Made by a program: the position numbers and the translations under genes. This document shows positions 48,148-56,610 of a stretch of 64,000 nucleotides of DNA, in pieces (position 1 is the stretch's first letter; each line of letters begins with the position of its first letter). The notes beneath the pieces were generated by a model. The model made no database searches and was not told the DNA's origin. It saw only the letters and a program-made list of their open reading frames with translations. This DNA is from an uncultured virus (IMG/VR IMGVR_UViG_3300047554_000629) (lineage: Duplodnaviria; Heunggongvirae; Uroviricota; Caudoviricetes), in IMG/VR virus record IMGVR_UViG_3300047554_000629, positions 1 to 64,000 of that record; one strand, written 5' to 3'.

Positions 48148-49323
48148 GTGCTGAAAACGATTACCTATCGTCTGTACCCGTCGCGGGAGCAGGAATCTTT
48201 CCTGTTCTACTTCCTCTACATTGGCCGCAAGATTTACAACGACGCACTTGCCGAGCGCGTCCGGTTCTACAAAGACACTGGCAAAAGCCTGACTAAATTC
48301 ACGCAACAGATGGACCTGACGATACGCAGGTCAATTAGCCCGGTGCTTGCCTCTGTCCCTGTCTGGATTGAGCGAGACTCCCTGTCTAGGATAGACAAGG
48401 CATTCGCCAATTTCTTCCGCAGAGTAAATGAAGGGAGTGCCAAGCCTGGGTTCCCGCGATTCAAGTCAGCCAATCGCTGGAACAGTTTCTCAATGCCTAT
48501 CCAAGGCAGTGGCAAGAAACTGGTGCAAGGAAATAGAATCCGCGTGGCCGGGATTGAAGGAACAATGCCAAGCCGTGGCGGGCAACAAATACTTGGAAAG
48601 ATCATTGTCCAGAGAATTGTTCATCGAGCAGGCAAGTGGTTCTGCAAGTTCGTAGTTGATGACAAACTCGACCCACCGCCTATTCATCCTGTAAAGTCGG
48701 CTATCGGCGTCGATGTTGGTCTGAAATCGTTTGCAACGCTTAGCAACGGTTCAACGATTGAGAATCCACGATTCTATCGGGGACTGGAACTCAAGCGTGC
48801 CCATCGCAACGTGTCTCGTAAAATCAAAGGCAGTCGGAACCGATGGAGAGCCGTTCGTCGTCTTCAATCGGTTTATGAGAAAGTCAGAAACTTACGCCAC
48901 AATTTTACGCATCACGAGAGCAAGAGGATTGTCAATGACCACCAACTGATTGTTGTCGAAAAACTGAACATAGCTGGCATGGCCAGAAGCCGATTTGCCA
49001 AAAGTATCTTGGACGCTGCATGGGGTCGGTTCATATTTCAATTGCGTTACAAAGCTGAAAACGCTGGTTGCGCATTCGTTGAAGTTGACCCCCGTGGCAC
49101 AAGCCAAGATTGCAGCAAGTGCGGCCAGACCGTGCCAAAGAAGTTGTCGGATCGTGTCCATAAATGCTCTTGCGGTCTCGTGCTAGACCGCGACCATAAT
49201 GCGGCGTTGAACATCCTTCAGCGTGCCGTTCGATCAGCACCCGGCCCCGGTAGGTGGATCGGTAAAGCGTGTGGAGAGGCTACGAAGACTCGGCGAAACA
49301 CGAAGGCTTCAACACCATGTTGA
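48148..49323 (+). CDS. tnpB: stand-alone TnpB with intact RuvC D-E-D
   Basis: TYRLYP, GFPRFK, GVDVGL, VVEKL, TSQDCSKC, DRDHNAALN; true start lies inside the 937-aa track ORF. Confidence 0.9.
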   Translation: MLKTITYRLYPSREQESFLFYFLYIGRKIYNDALAERVRFYKDTGKSLTKFTQQMDLTIRRSISPVLASVPVWIERDSLSRIDKAFANFFRRVNEGSAKPGFPRFKSANRWNSFSMPIQGSGKKLVQGNRIRVAGIEGTMPSRGGQQILGKIIVQRIVHRAGKWFCKFVVDDKLDPPPIHPVKSAIGVDVGLKSFATLSNGSTIENPRFYRGLELKRAHRNVSRKIKGSRNRWRAVRRLQSVYEKVRNLRHNFTHHESKRIVNDHQLIVVEKLNIAGMARSRFAKSILDAAWGRFIFQLRYKAENAGCAFVEVDPRGTSQDCSKCGQTVPKKLSDRVHKCSCGLVLDRDHNAALNILQRAVRSAPGPGRWIGKACGEATKTRRNTKASTPC

Positions 49324-49332
49324 GCCACTACC
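49225..49332 (+). ncRNA. putative omega RNA overlapping the tnpB 3' end
   Basis: CGTGTGGAG...GAAACACGAA (CGTGT/ACACG pairing) then GGCTTCAAC; boundaries approximate. Confidence 0.55.
49309..49332 (-). repeat. 24-bp inverted repeat, right copy
   Basis: TCAACACCATGTTGAGCCACTACC. Confidence 0.95.
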
Positions 49333-49413
49333 GAAGTGTTCTACAATAGGCGTCATTCGCATGTACGAGCGATAGGCAAGCCGAAATGCTTGAGAAGAAG
49401 AAAGGAAACAACA

Positions 49414-50028
49414 ATGGTTCGTAAAATTGGAAGAATCCAGTTCCCGGTTTTTTCTGGAATCCGCTGTTTGATGCTCCCTTATATTCAAGGAGATTCAAAA
49501 AGCGTCCCGCATGAGTATGGTCATGGATACGAATCAATACTCGACGACCTTTATGTCAGGAAAGGGGACATCGGGTTTTTGACAATTGACGAATCAATTG
49601 CTCATTCTGGATCGCCGCATCGCGGAGCGAGAGCCAAGCATGGACGGGCATTGCATACAGAGGCAGGTCGTCATCCAGACATGGTGTACGCCTGGGGTGG
49701 CGGGAATTGGGGCGGCTCCAATAGAACAACGCTGAGCAGAGATGTTAAGGTTCTCATTTCAAACAGCATCGACAAGACTTGCGCTGTTTGGGATGCAGAG
49801 CATGAAAACACTACCATTGACGGGGACATTGGGTATTTGAGTGATCGTTATCCTTACGATTCTGCGATGTTCATGATGGCCGGTGAAGTGTACGAGATCG
49901 GAATCCTGACTCCACACGAAAGCCTTCCAGTCAACCAAGACACAAGGCGGCAGTTTATTCGCATTGTGTCGTCTGGGGTGAATGGAAGAGAGCCGTATTT
50001 TACCAAGAACAGGCTTCTTGATTACTAG
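49414..50028 (+). CDS. hypothetical protein, possible 2OG-Fe(II) oxygenase fold
   Basis: LTIDES...LHTE...TPHES...RQFIRI. Confidence 0.45.
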   Translation: MVRKIGRIQFPVFSGIRCLMLPYIQGDSKSVPHEYGHGYESILDDLYVRKGDIGFLTIDESIAHSGSPHRGARAKHGRALHTEAGRHPDMVYAWGGGNWGGSNRTTLSRDVKVLISNSIDKTCAVWDAEHENTTIDGDIGYLSDRYPYDSAMFMMAGEVYEIGILTPHESLPVNQDTRRQFIRIVSSGVNGREPYFTKNRLLDY

Positions 50029-50035
50029 GTTGCCA

Positions 50036-50275
50036 AAGAAATAGGCGCAACTCGCGCCTATTTCCGCCTCCCCCACAGGCTGACCTTCTTTTCGTCTCTT
50101 CGGGGCGGCTCGTCTGGTATACTTGCAGGCGAGCCCCTCTGTCCCCTGCCTCCGATGCCGATCCGTGCGCCCATCGTCTGGTCTGTTCGTGATGCTCCGG
50201 TTTCTATGCCAGCTAGTGAAGCAACTCCGAAGTCGGCATGGAAGTGGGCCAGATTGAATGCGTCCATGCCGTCTG
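50036..50275 (-). repeat. inverted copy of the terL 3' end, including palindrome copy 8 (50040-50062)
   Basis: Ungapped match to 53256-53495 with about 25 mismatches in 240 nt (hand count). Confidence 0.95.
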
Positions 50276-50344
50276 ACAAGCGAAAGAAACAGCACAAGTT
50301 CAAGTGCAGACGATGCCACAAAAAGGCGTTCCTAGAAGAGCCAA

Positions 50345-50881
50345 CTACTTCGGCCGAGGCTTACTGGCCGCAATCTCAGCCTTGACATTCTTATGGCGCT
50401 CTTCCAAGGCTTTGTGCTCTGGAGAGTCGTATCGGTGCATCTGCTTCTGCAGCTTCAACCAACGGCACTCTTTGTCAGGGCTTGCAAAATCTGGGAAACT
50501 CAAGCCGTCCCACTTTTCTCCCTGTTCGGCCCTGTTGACAACCTCATCATCCCAAGTCCTGTATTGCGACTTCAGCTTTTCTTTGTCCCTGGCAATCGTT
50601 GTTGCCGGATCATGCAGCGTAGAAACAACGTAGTATGTCACGATCTTCGTGAGGCCGCCTGAACGCTTCTCGGCAACGAACACGCCGCCAGTCGGCTTGT
50701 GATACCTGTGCTCGATGTCGCTTCGGTTGTTCTTCTGAGACGGGACCATGTTCTTGTCAAGTTTTGACGACTCAAGATATGCCGAGATGATTTCTTTGGC
50801 GTCTTCGTTTACAAAAGACGCGGCCCTCTCGACCCATCGATCATACGCATGGTTGCTTACACTGATTTTTGAACGGTCCAC
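50345..50881 (-). CDS. hypothetical protein, possible RelE-like fold
   Basis: VSNHAYDRWVER...KIVTYY. Confidence 0.45.
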   Translation of the reverse strand: MDRSKISVSNHAYDRWVERAASFVNEDAKEIISAYLESSKLDKNMVPSQKNNRSDIEHRYHKPTGGVFVAEKRSGGLTKIVTYYVVSTLHDPATTIARDKEKLKSQYRTWDDEVVNRAEQGEKWDGLSFPDFASPDKECRWLKLQKQMHRYDSPEHKALEERHKNVKAEIAASKPRPK

Positions 50882-50927
50882 AACATCCCCTTAAAAAGAA
50901 TCGCCCCTGCAAGCAGGGGCATAAAGG

Positions 50928-51263
50928 TCACACCAGTTCCAGAATCCTTCGCGCCTGTTCACGCCCCATCTCGTTGACCGCACTCTTCATGGCCGCAACG
51001 TGACCGGCGTAGTCGATTGGCCTCGGCGGATCAATTGGCCCGGTGGTATACGAAGTCACAAGGCGGAACGACTTCTTGGCTCCGTCTTGTTTTGGCTTCC
51101 CATTCTTGATGATCGACTTGTACGTTGACACCTGAGCCAACGTGGCCTCGACACCGCTCTTGGAGCAGTATTCGACGATCTTCTGATTGTCCGTGATGCC
51201 GTCCTTGATCGCTTGCCGAACCATCCCCATCCGAGACGGCTTCTTCTCTTTTGCCTTTGACAT
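50928..51263 (-). CDS. basic hypothetical protein
   Basis: AGAGG RBS; followed by hairpin GCCCCTGC-AA-GCAGGGGC. Confidence 0.55.
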   Translation of the reverse strand: MSKAKEKKPSRMGMVRQAIKDGITDNQKIVEYCSKSGVEATLAQVSTYKSIIKNGKPKQDGAKKSFRLVTSYTTGPIDPPRPIDYAGHVAAMKSAVNEMGREQARRILELV

Positions 51264-51403
51264 GCATACCTCTTGTTAGAAACGGGACCAAACACCATTA
51301 TCATGATACTGGATGTGACACGCCGCGTCTATAACTCAACCGGGTAGCCCAACGGAAGAGGCAGCGTCGGCCTATCAGACTATCACAGGAGACTTGTAAC
51401 GTC

Positions 51404-51572
51404 GTGCCAAGGTCATGATCGTTTGTCGGCCTTAATGCCCTGAGATGCAGGTTCGATTCCAGCTCCCCCAGCTTATCCACAACCCTACTGGGGGATCGTC
51501 TAACGGAAAGACATCAGGCTTAACGATTGAGGGCCACAAGTGGATAAGAGCATGACCAACCTGAAAAGGCGC
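51404..51572 (+). ncRNA. circularly permuted tRNA-like RNA (YrlA/Y-RNA-like)
   Basis: T arm 51447-51463, loop-closed acceptor stem 51464-51495, D arm 51498-51512, CCTGA/TCAGG stem extended by long end pairing. Confidence 0.7.
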
Positions 51573-51596
51573 ATCCCATCTTGAGTGATGGACTCG

Positions 51597-51630
51597 GACC
51601 CGGCAGACGGCTACTCTGTCGGGTCTTTTC
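51597..51630 (+). terminator. intrinsic terminator after the ncRNA
   Basis: GACCCGGCAGA-CGGCTAC-TCTGTCGGGTC-TTTT. Confidence 0.75.
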
Positions 51631-51632
51631 TA

Positions 51633-51661
51633 TTGACACATCCAGGCGTCATGCGTAGCCT
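51633..51661 (+). promoter_or_regulatory. sigma70-like promoter for terL (leaderless)
   Basis: TTGACA-17 nt-TAGCCT, 6 nt before ATG, no RBS. Confidence 0.65.
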
Positions 51662-51667
51662 GCTTGC

Positions 51668-53473
51668 ATGTTAAGTGCCTCCGAACTCGCCGAACTTGAA
51701 GCCTATCTCCCGCACGCCAATGAAGATGAACGTCGGAAGATCAACGAGTATCTAGTCTCCATCCGCAAGGTGGAGAACAACTTCCCTTGGGCCGCATACC
51801 GATACGATCCAATCGGCTATGCGTACAACGTCCTTGGCCTCACGTTCCTTTCCGACGATCAGAAGATTGCACTGCGAGCGGCTGTAACGCCTCCGTACCG
51901 AGTGCAAATTGACGCCGGAAACGCTGTTGGCAAAAGCCTAACCTGCGCCGTCTTGGCCTCATGGTTCTACGACTCATATGACCCAGGCTGCGTTTTCACT
52001 ACGGCCCCGACGCACGATCACGTTGTCCGCGTGCTCTGGGCGCAAATACGCTCGCTTAGGTCCAATGCCAAGATGAAGCTACCGATGGACTTCATCGGGC
52101 CAGCTGCACCTGAGATGCGATCATCGGAATATCACTTTGCAAAAGGCCTGACCGCCTCGAAAGGAGAGGCGCTCAAAGGTTCTCACTTGCAGAATATGTG
52201 CTTCATATTCGACGAGTCTGAAGCATTGCCGGTGATGTACTGGGAATCTGTTCGCACGATGTTTAAGCCGCAGCCGGGTATGCTGTGGCTATCCGTGGGC
52301 AACCCGACAACCACCAGCAGCGCTGCATTCCTTGAGTCCACTCGCACGGATGAGAACAAGAAGCCGTTCTGGCGCAACCTGCGCATGAGTGTGCTCAATC
52401 ACCCAAACATCATAGCTGGTCTCCAAGGGCTTCCGCCGCCAATCCCAAACGCCGTCGATGTCGGCATGGTGGATGACTGGGTGCGACGACTATGCACGCC
52501 TCTCGATGAAAAAGAAGAAAAAAAAGCCACTGACTTCCAGTGGCGAGGAAGATGGTATCGGCCAAGCGGTGAAGCCGAGACGGTCATTCTCGGCTGTCGC
52601 CCGTCAACAGGAGCATCCGGCGTTTGGTCAGACTCGCTCTGGGAAGCCTGTTGCCATCTCGATTTGCCGTTCCCAATCGATCAACCACCCGAACTTGGCT
52701 GTGACGTGGCCAGAGTCCTTGGTGGCGATGATTGCGACATTCACGCACAATGGGGCGGCAACTCTCTCGCCCATGACTCTGCCAATGGCCGCTCTATACC
52801 AGCTACCATCGCTCGTCTCAAAGAGATGGCCGAAGAAGTATGCGAGTTTGCCAACGCCAAGAGAAAGGAACTTGTGGCCACTGGCAAATACTCACCCGAA
52901 GAACTCTCCAGGGCTCAAATCCACAAGCCGTGGGTTCCCAAAGAAATACCTGTCAAGATCGACGATTGCGGCATCGGCAACGTCATCACCGACTTTGCAG
53001 ACGGCTGGAACTTCATCCCAGTCAACCCAGGCTGGGCTGCAAAGCAAGACCTACGTTATCCCAACGTCCGAAGCGAGCTGTGGTTTGAGACCCAGGAGAA
53101 GGCCATACTGTTCGGCCTCAGCATGAAGCACCTGTCTGAAGATGATCAGCAGATGCTGCGTATCCAATCCTTTGCGCCAAAGTGGGAGTTGGATGCTAGA
53201 CGCCGACGAGTTGTTGAGAGCAAAGAGGACACAAAGAAACGACTTGGCCGCTCGCCAGACGGCATGGACGCATTCAATCTTGCCCACTTCCATGCCAACT
53301 TTGGCGTGGCCTCATTGGCAGGCATCGAAACCGGAGTATCACGAACAGACCAGACGATGGGCGCACGAATCGGCATCGGCGGCAGGGGACAGAGGGGCTC
53401 GCCTGCGAGTGTTCCAGACGAGCCGCCTAGAAGAGACGAGAACAAAGTTACTCTGTGGGGGAGGCGGAAATAG
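51668..53473 (+). CDS. terL: terminase large subunit
   Basis: Walker A GNAVGKS, Walker B FIFDES, GNP, nuclease LGCDVAR and SPDGMDA. Confidence 0.9.
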   Translation: MLSASELAELEAYLPHANEDERRKINEYLVSIRKVENNFPWAAYRYDPIGYAYNVLGLTFLSDDQKIALRAAVTPPYRVQIDAGNAVGKSLTCAVLASWFYDSYDPGCVFTTAPTHDHVVRVLWAQIRSLRSNAKMKLPMDFIGPAAPEMRSSEYHFAKGLTASKGEALKGSHLQNMCFIFDESEALPVMYWESVRTMFKPQPGMLWLSVGNPTTTSSAAFLESTRTDENKKPFWRNLRMSVLNHPNIIAGLQGLPPPIPNAVDVGMVDDWVRRLCTPLDEKEEKKATDFQWRGRWYRPSGEAETVILGCRPSTGASGVWSDSLWEACCHLDLPFPIDQPPELGCDVARVLGGDDCDIHAQWGGNSLAHDSANGRSIPATIARLKEMAEEVCEFANAKRKELVATGKYSPEELSRAQIHKPWVPKEIPVKIDDCGIGNVITDFADGWNFIPVNPGWAAKQDLRYPNVRSELWFETQEKAILFGLSMKHLSEDDQQMLRIQSFAPKWELDARRRRVVESKEDTKKRLGRSPDGMDAFNLAHFHANFGVASLAGIETGVSRTDQTMGARIGIGGRGQRGSPASVPDEPPRRDENKVTLWGRRK

Positions 53474-54122
53474 GCGCGAGTTGCGCCGATTTCTTCTTAT
53501 CAAGCATCTCAGTCAAATGCTTCCGAATGGCCGAATTTTGGTCATCGCATTGCTTATTGTAATCGAACAAGTCTTCGGGACTGTTGAAGAACATCCTGCC
53601 TACCAGTCGTTGGTCTTCTACGCGGAATCTGTCGTCTTTGTCAATGAAGCAGAACTCTTTCTCTGATGAAGCCACCAGCCTGAACTGGTTCCCATCGCTA
53701 TCAAACACCGTCATGTTCACGCCAAACACGCAACCAGGATGCTCAGGGTCAGGAAACTTTTCACGAGCGTCTCGAATGTCTTTTGCCGACAGGCAGACCT
53801 CGGTATTGTGATAAACAAGCACAATCGTCTTCAGTTTGCCCCAGTCCAAGACGGCCTTGTACCGTATCGATTCATAGTCTTCGCCGAAGCCCGTGTACGT
53901 AAAGCCATAAGCGGCCCCGACGCAGTTGTCGTCATAGAAGACAATCTCGCCGGAGAACGGAACCTGATCGCCGTCAAGCGACAGGCCACGCTCCATTTCA
54001 ATCCAATATGTCTCAAGATGGCAACCAAGGCTCTTCGTCTGGTACTGATGGCGCGCATCCTTGATGAAGTTCGCCTTCTTCGGCAGCGGCGCAGTGCAGA
54101 TGATCGTGTCATACATTCCCAT
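53448..54122 (-). CDS. phage hypothetical protein
   Basis: MGMYDTIIC...YQTKSL motif. Confidence 0.6.
   Translation of the reverse strand: MGMYDTIICTAPLPKKANFIKDARHQYQTKSLGCHLETYWIEMERGLSLDGDQVPFSGEIVFYDDNCVGAAYGFTYTGFGEDYESIRYKAVLDWGKLKTIVLVYHNTEVCLSAKDIRDAREKFPDPEHPGCVFGVNMTVFDSDGNQFRLVASSEKEFCFIDKDDRFRVEDQRLVGRMFFNSPEDLFDYNKQCDDQNSAIRKHLTEMLDKKKSAQLAPISASPTE
53469..53491. repeat. 23-bp palindrome family, copy 9
   Basis: AATAGGCGCGAGTTGCGCCGATT; supplies the terL stop and is read as SAQLAPI in the convergent ORF. Confidence 0.9.
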
Positions 54123-55527
54123 TCTTGGCCTCCTGTTCTTCAATCAAAGCCACAGCTTTCTTCAGGCAGTCAAGGCAAATGTCTGGTATTGTGTTGGTGG
54201 GGTCCATTGCTTCGCCAATTTCGACTGCGTACAACGGCGTGCATCCGCACTCATCGCATAAAACCTCAGTCCATGCTTTGTTCCCGATAACACAGTCAAT
54301 CGCATCGGGATCAAGATTGTCTCCTACTGGCTTGAGCGATTCCAGTTTTTGCAATTTATCCTGGAAATGCGAGGCTGAGCGGAATTGATTGCGCCATCTT
54401 TGGGCAGCAGTGTTTGCCAGAATTTGCCGCGTAATCAGTCTCATGTCATTTCCTCTCGTTTTGCTCTTGAGCGTAGTTGTCGTCCTGGCCCTGTCGTTGT
54501 TCCAGTGCCGCCACGCGGTCCTGAAGCTGCTGGACAAGCATCTTCACTTTACGGATGCTGCCTGGTCCTCCGTCTGAGTATGTGCCTTCGACGGTCAACG
54601 GTATTGCAGCAGCAATCCCATTAACGGAATTAACCGGCATCCAGTTCGCACTGAAGTCTTCAAGCCCCATGAAGCTCAGTTCTCCCGTCCTGTCAATCAC
54701 ATACTCGACTTCTTTGAAAATCTTTTTGACTGTTGCCAATGTGGCCAAAGGGCCGTACCTGTTGACGTACCGCCCGCCGACGACAACCTCGTCCGGTTCT
54801 GGCGGCGCGTCGGACTTGAGGGTCATCTCTTTGATTGTTTTTACGCTGAATGGCACTAGGCTTCCGCCGTGTCCAATTGTTTTCATCACCGCAACCGGCG
54901 TGCCATCTTCATAGCTATCGAGATGGACGACAAGCCGATCAACTCGGCTATCCGACCACACTTGCCCTACTTTCACTTCGGTCATGGCTCGCTCCTTTTT
55001 TCGTCTGCGCAAATTGAAACCGCCATTACAGCCGACCCAAACAAAATCGCAAAAAGCAGTATCCCAGCTACAATGCCCATTATCGACCAGGGATTCCCTG
55101 TTGTGTTTCCGCCTCCAATTCTAACCCACTCTGGCCCGTTTATATGCACATACTGGCACACCAGAACAACAGACACAGACGCCAAAGCCCAGGCGATGAT
55201 GGTGAACACTAAACGAAGCGTCTTCATGACTGCCCGCCTTTCAGTTCTTGGAGGGCCACTTCGAGCCAGATGATCATGATTTTCCGTAGGTCATCCCAGG
55301 TAATTGCCGACAAGCGATCTCTGTCGATCATTGATCTCTACAGAGTATCGTTATACCTGTCATGCATTTGCTTGAATACTGATCTTGCTTTCAAAAAATC
55401 ACCTGTCAAAATCATGCTTGCAAAAATCTGCATGTCCTTGCAGCACTTCATGACATCATCTTGTGAAACTAAATTAGGAACCTCTGGCTTCTTCATGTTG
55501 GCCAACGACGGAACAGACGCAACCATG

Positions 55528-55911
55528 TTAAATCTCCTGGATGTCAATACCGAACACAGCACGCATCAACTTGTACTTGATCCGGTAAGCACGGTTCTTC
55601 CTGGTGATCGCCGACTTCACATCCTCAACGACTTCACGGCCGTCTACTGTGCGCTTATATCTGAAGTCTGCGATGAAATCGCAGACATGGACGCCGTTGA
55701 CCTCGATACGGTACTTCACCTGCCGATCAAGTTCGTAAATAGCCCCGGCTGCAAGCATATTTTGCAACTGCTGCCAGCGGGCAAATTCCTTCTTGCTGTC
55801 GAAGCCGTTGGTTTTCACGTTGCCGTACTTCGGCCTCTTCTTTTTGCCGCCGCTTTCGGTCAGTCGGCCTTCACGGCGAGCACGCTCAAGACCTGCACGA
55901 AGAGATGCCAC
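55528..55911 (-). CDS. DUF1064-like PD-(D/E)XK nuclease
   Basis: KYGNVKT.GFDSKKE...ADFRY...VEDVKS. Confidence 0.75.
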   Translation of the reverse strand: MASLRAGLERARREGRLTESGGKKKRPKYGNVKTNGFDSKKEFARWQQLQNMLAAGAIYELDRQVKYRIEVNGVHVCDFIADFRYKRTVDGREVVEDVKSAITRKNRAYRIKYKLMRAVFGIDIQEI

Positions 55912-55913
55912 GG

Positions 55914-56504
55914 CTATTCCTCCAGGGCTTTGTACAGACCAGCGATCCACTTGTTGGCACTGGTAACTGACTCAATGTGCTTGTCCCTTGATTCTTTGGC
56001 CGACGCAACATCCTTCTCAAGTCTCGCTATTTCGGCCTGCTTCCATTCTTCGGCAGGCACAACGCTTGGCACGTCCATCTTGAAACAATAGCAATCGAAA
56101 TCGATGGACTCCTTTAGCTGCTTGATCATGAACTCCTTCAGACCCTTGTATTCATCGGGGCAAGGCCACATCATAACCTTCCCAAGCATGGCAGAATACC
56201 GACCATACTCAAGACGCTTCCTTAGTATGTATTCTTGGTTTTTGGCAATGAGCGATGCAATCTCTCTCTGCTGAGCATCGAGGATGTCCTTCTCACTCAT
56301 AGCCTTGGCCGCTGCAAGTTCTGACTCGTCTTCTTCCACGATCTTTTGGTAGTAATCGCTCGGTTCTCGCTCCTTCGGCGGCTGGTCAAAAGAGTCGTCC
56401 CGCTGATGCATACACGCGCCCATCCCTCTTGCGCACTGCAACGCAAACTCCCTGAGAGTCGTCACCTTGCCTTCTTGAACCTTGCAAGTGTATCCTGTCG
56501 GCAT
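55914..56504 (-). CDS. phage hypothetical protein
   Basis: MPTGYT...FALQCARGMGA motif; AAGGAG RBS. Confidence 0.7.
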   Translation of the reverse strand: MPTGYTCKVQEGKVTTLREFALQCARGMGACMHQRDDSFDQPPKEREPSDYYQKIVEEDESELAAAKAMSEKDILDAQQREIASLIAKNQEYILRKRLEYGRYSAMLGKVMMWPCPDEYKGLKEFMIKQLKESIDFDCYCFKMDVPSVVPAEEWKQAEIARLEKDVASAKESRDKHIESVTSANKWIAGLYKALEE

Positions 56505-56541
56505 AGCAAGTCTCCTTGGGTGTGATGAATCGTGTTATGCC

Positions 56542-56569
56542 ATTGTACTACATCGCCAGAACTTGGCAA
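56542..56569 (-). promoter_or_regulatory. sigma70-like promoter
   Basis: TTGCCA-16 nt-TACAAT. Confidence 0.5.
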
Positions 56570-56587
56570 CAAGATTCCAGAATCCAT

Positions 56588-56610
56588 AATCGGCGCATTT
56601 CGCGCCTATT
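56588..56610. repeat. 23-bp palindrome family, copy 10
   Basis: AATCGGCGCATTTCGCGCCTATT. Confidence 0.8.

Noticed and set aside
46510..49323. 937-aa ORF as a giant Cas12-like protein
   Set aside because: The first ~546 codons are mostly the antisense of the IS605 element; only 48148-49323 is TnpB-like and it has its own promoter.
51473..51547. DnaA boxes (TTATCCACA and AGTGGATAA) marking an origin
   Set aside because: Only two boxes and no AT-rich unwinding region; better explained as pairing within the RNA, though not excluded.
51404..51572. Two-piece permuted tmRNA
   Set aside because: No G3:U70 alanine pair, a full D stem is present, and no tag reading frame is evident before the terminator.
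50036..53495. Diversity-generating retroelement template/variable repeat pair
   Set aside because: Mismatches are not adenine-specific, are mostly synonymous, and no reverse transcriptase is present.
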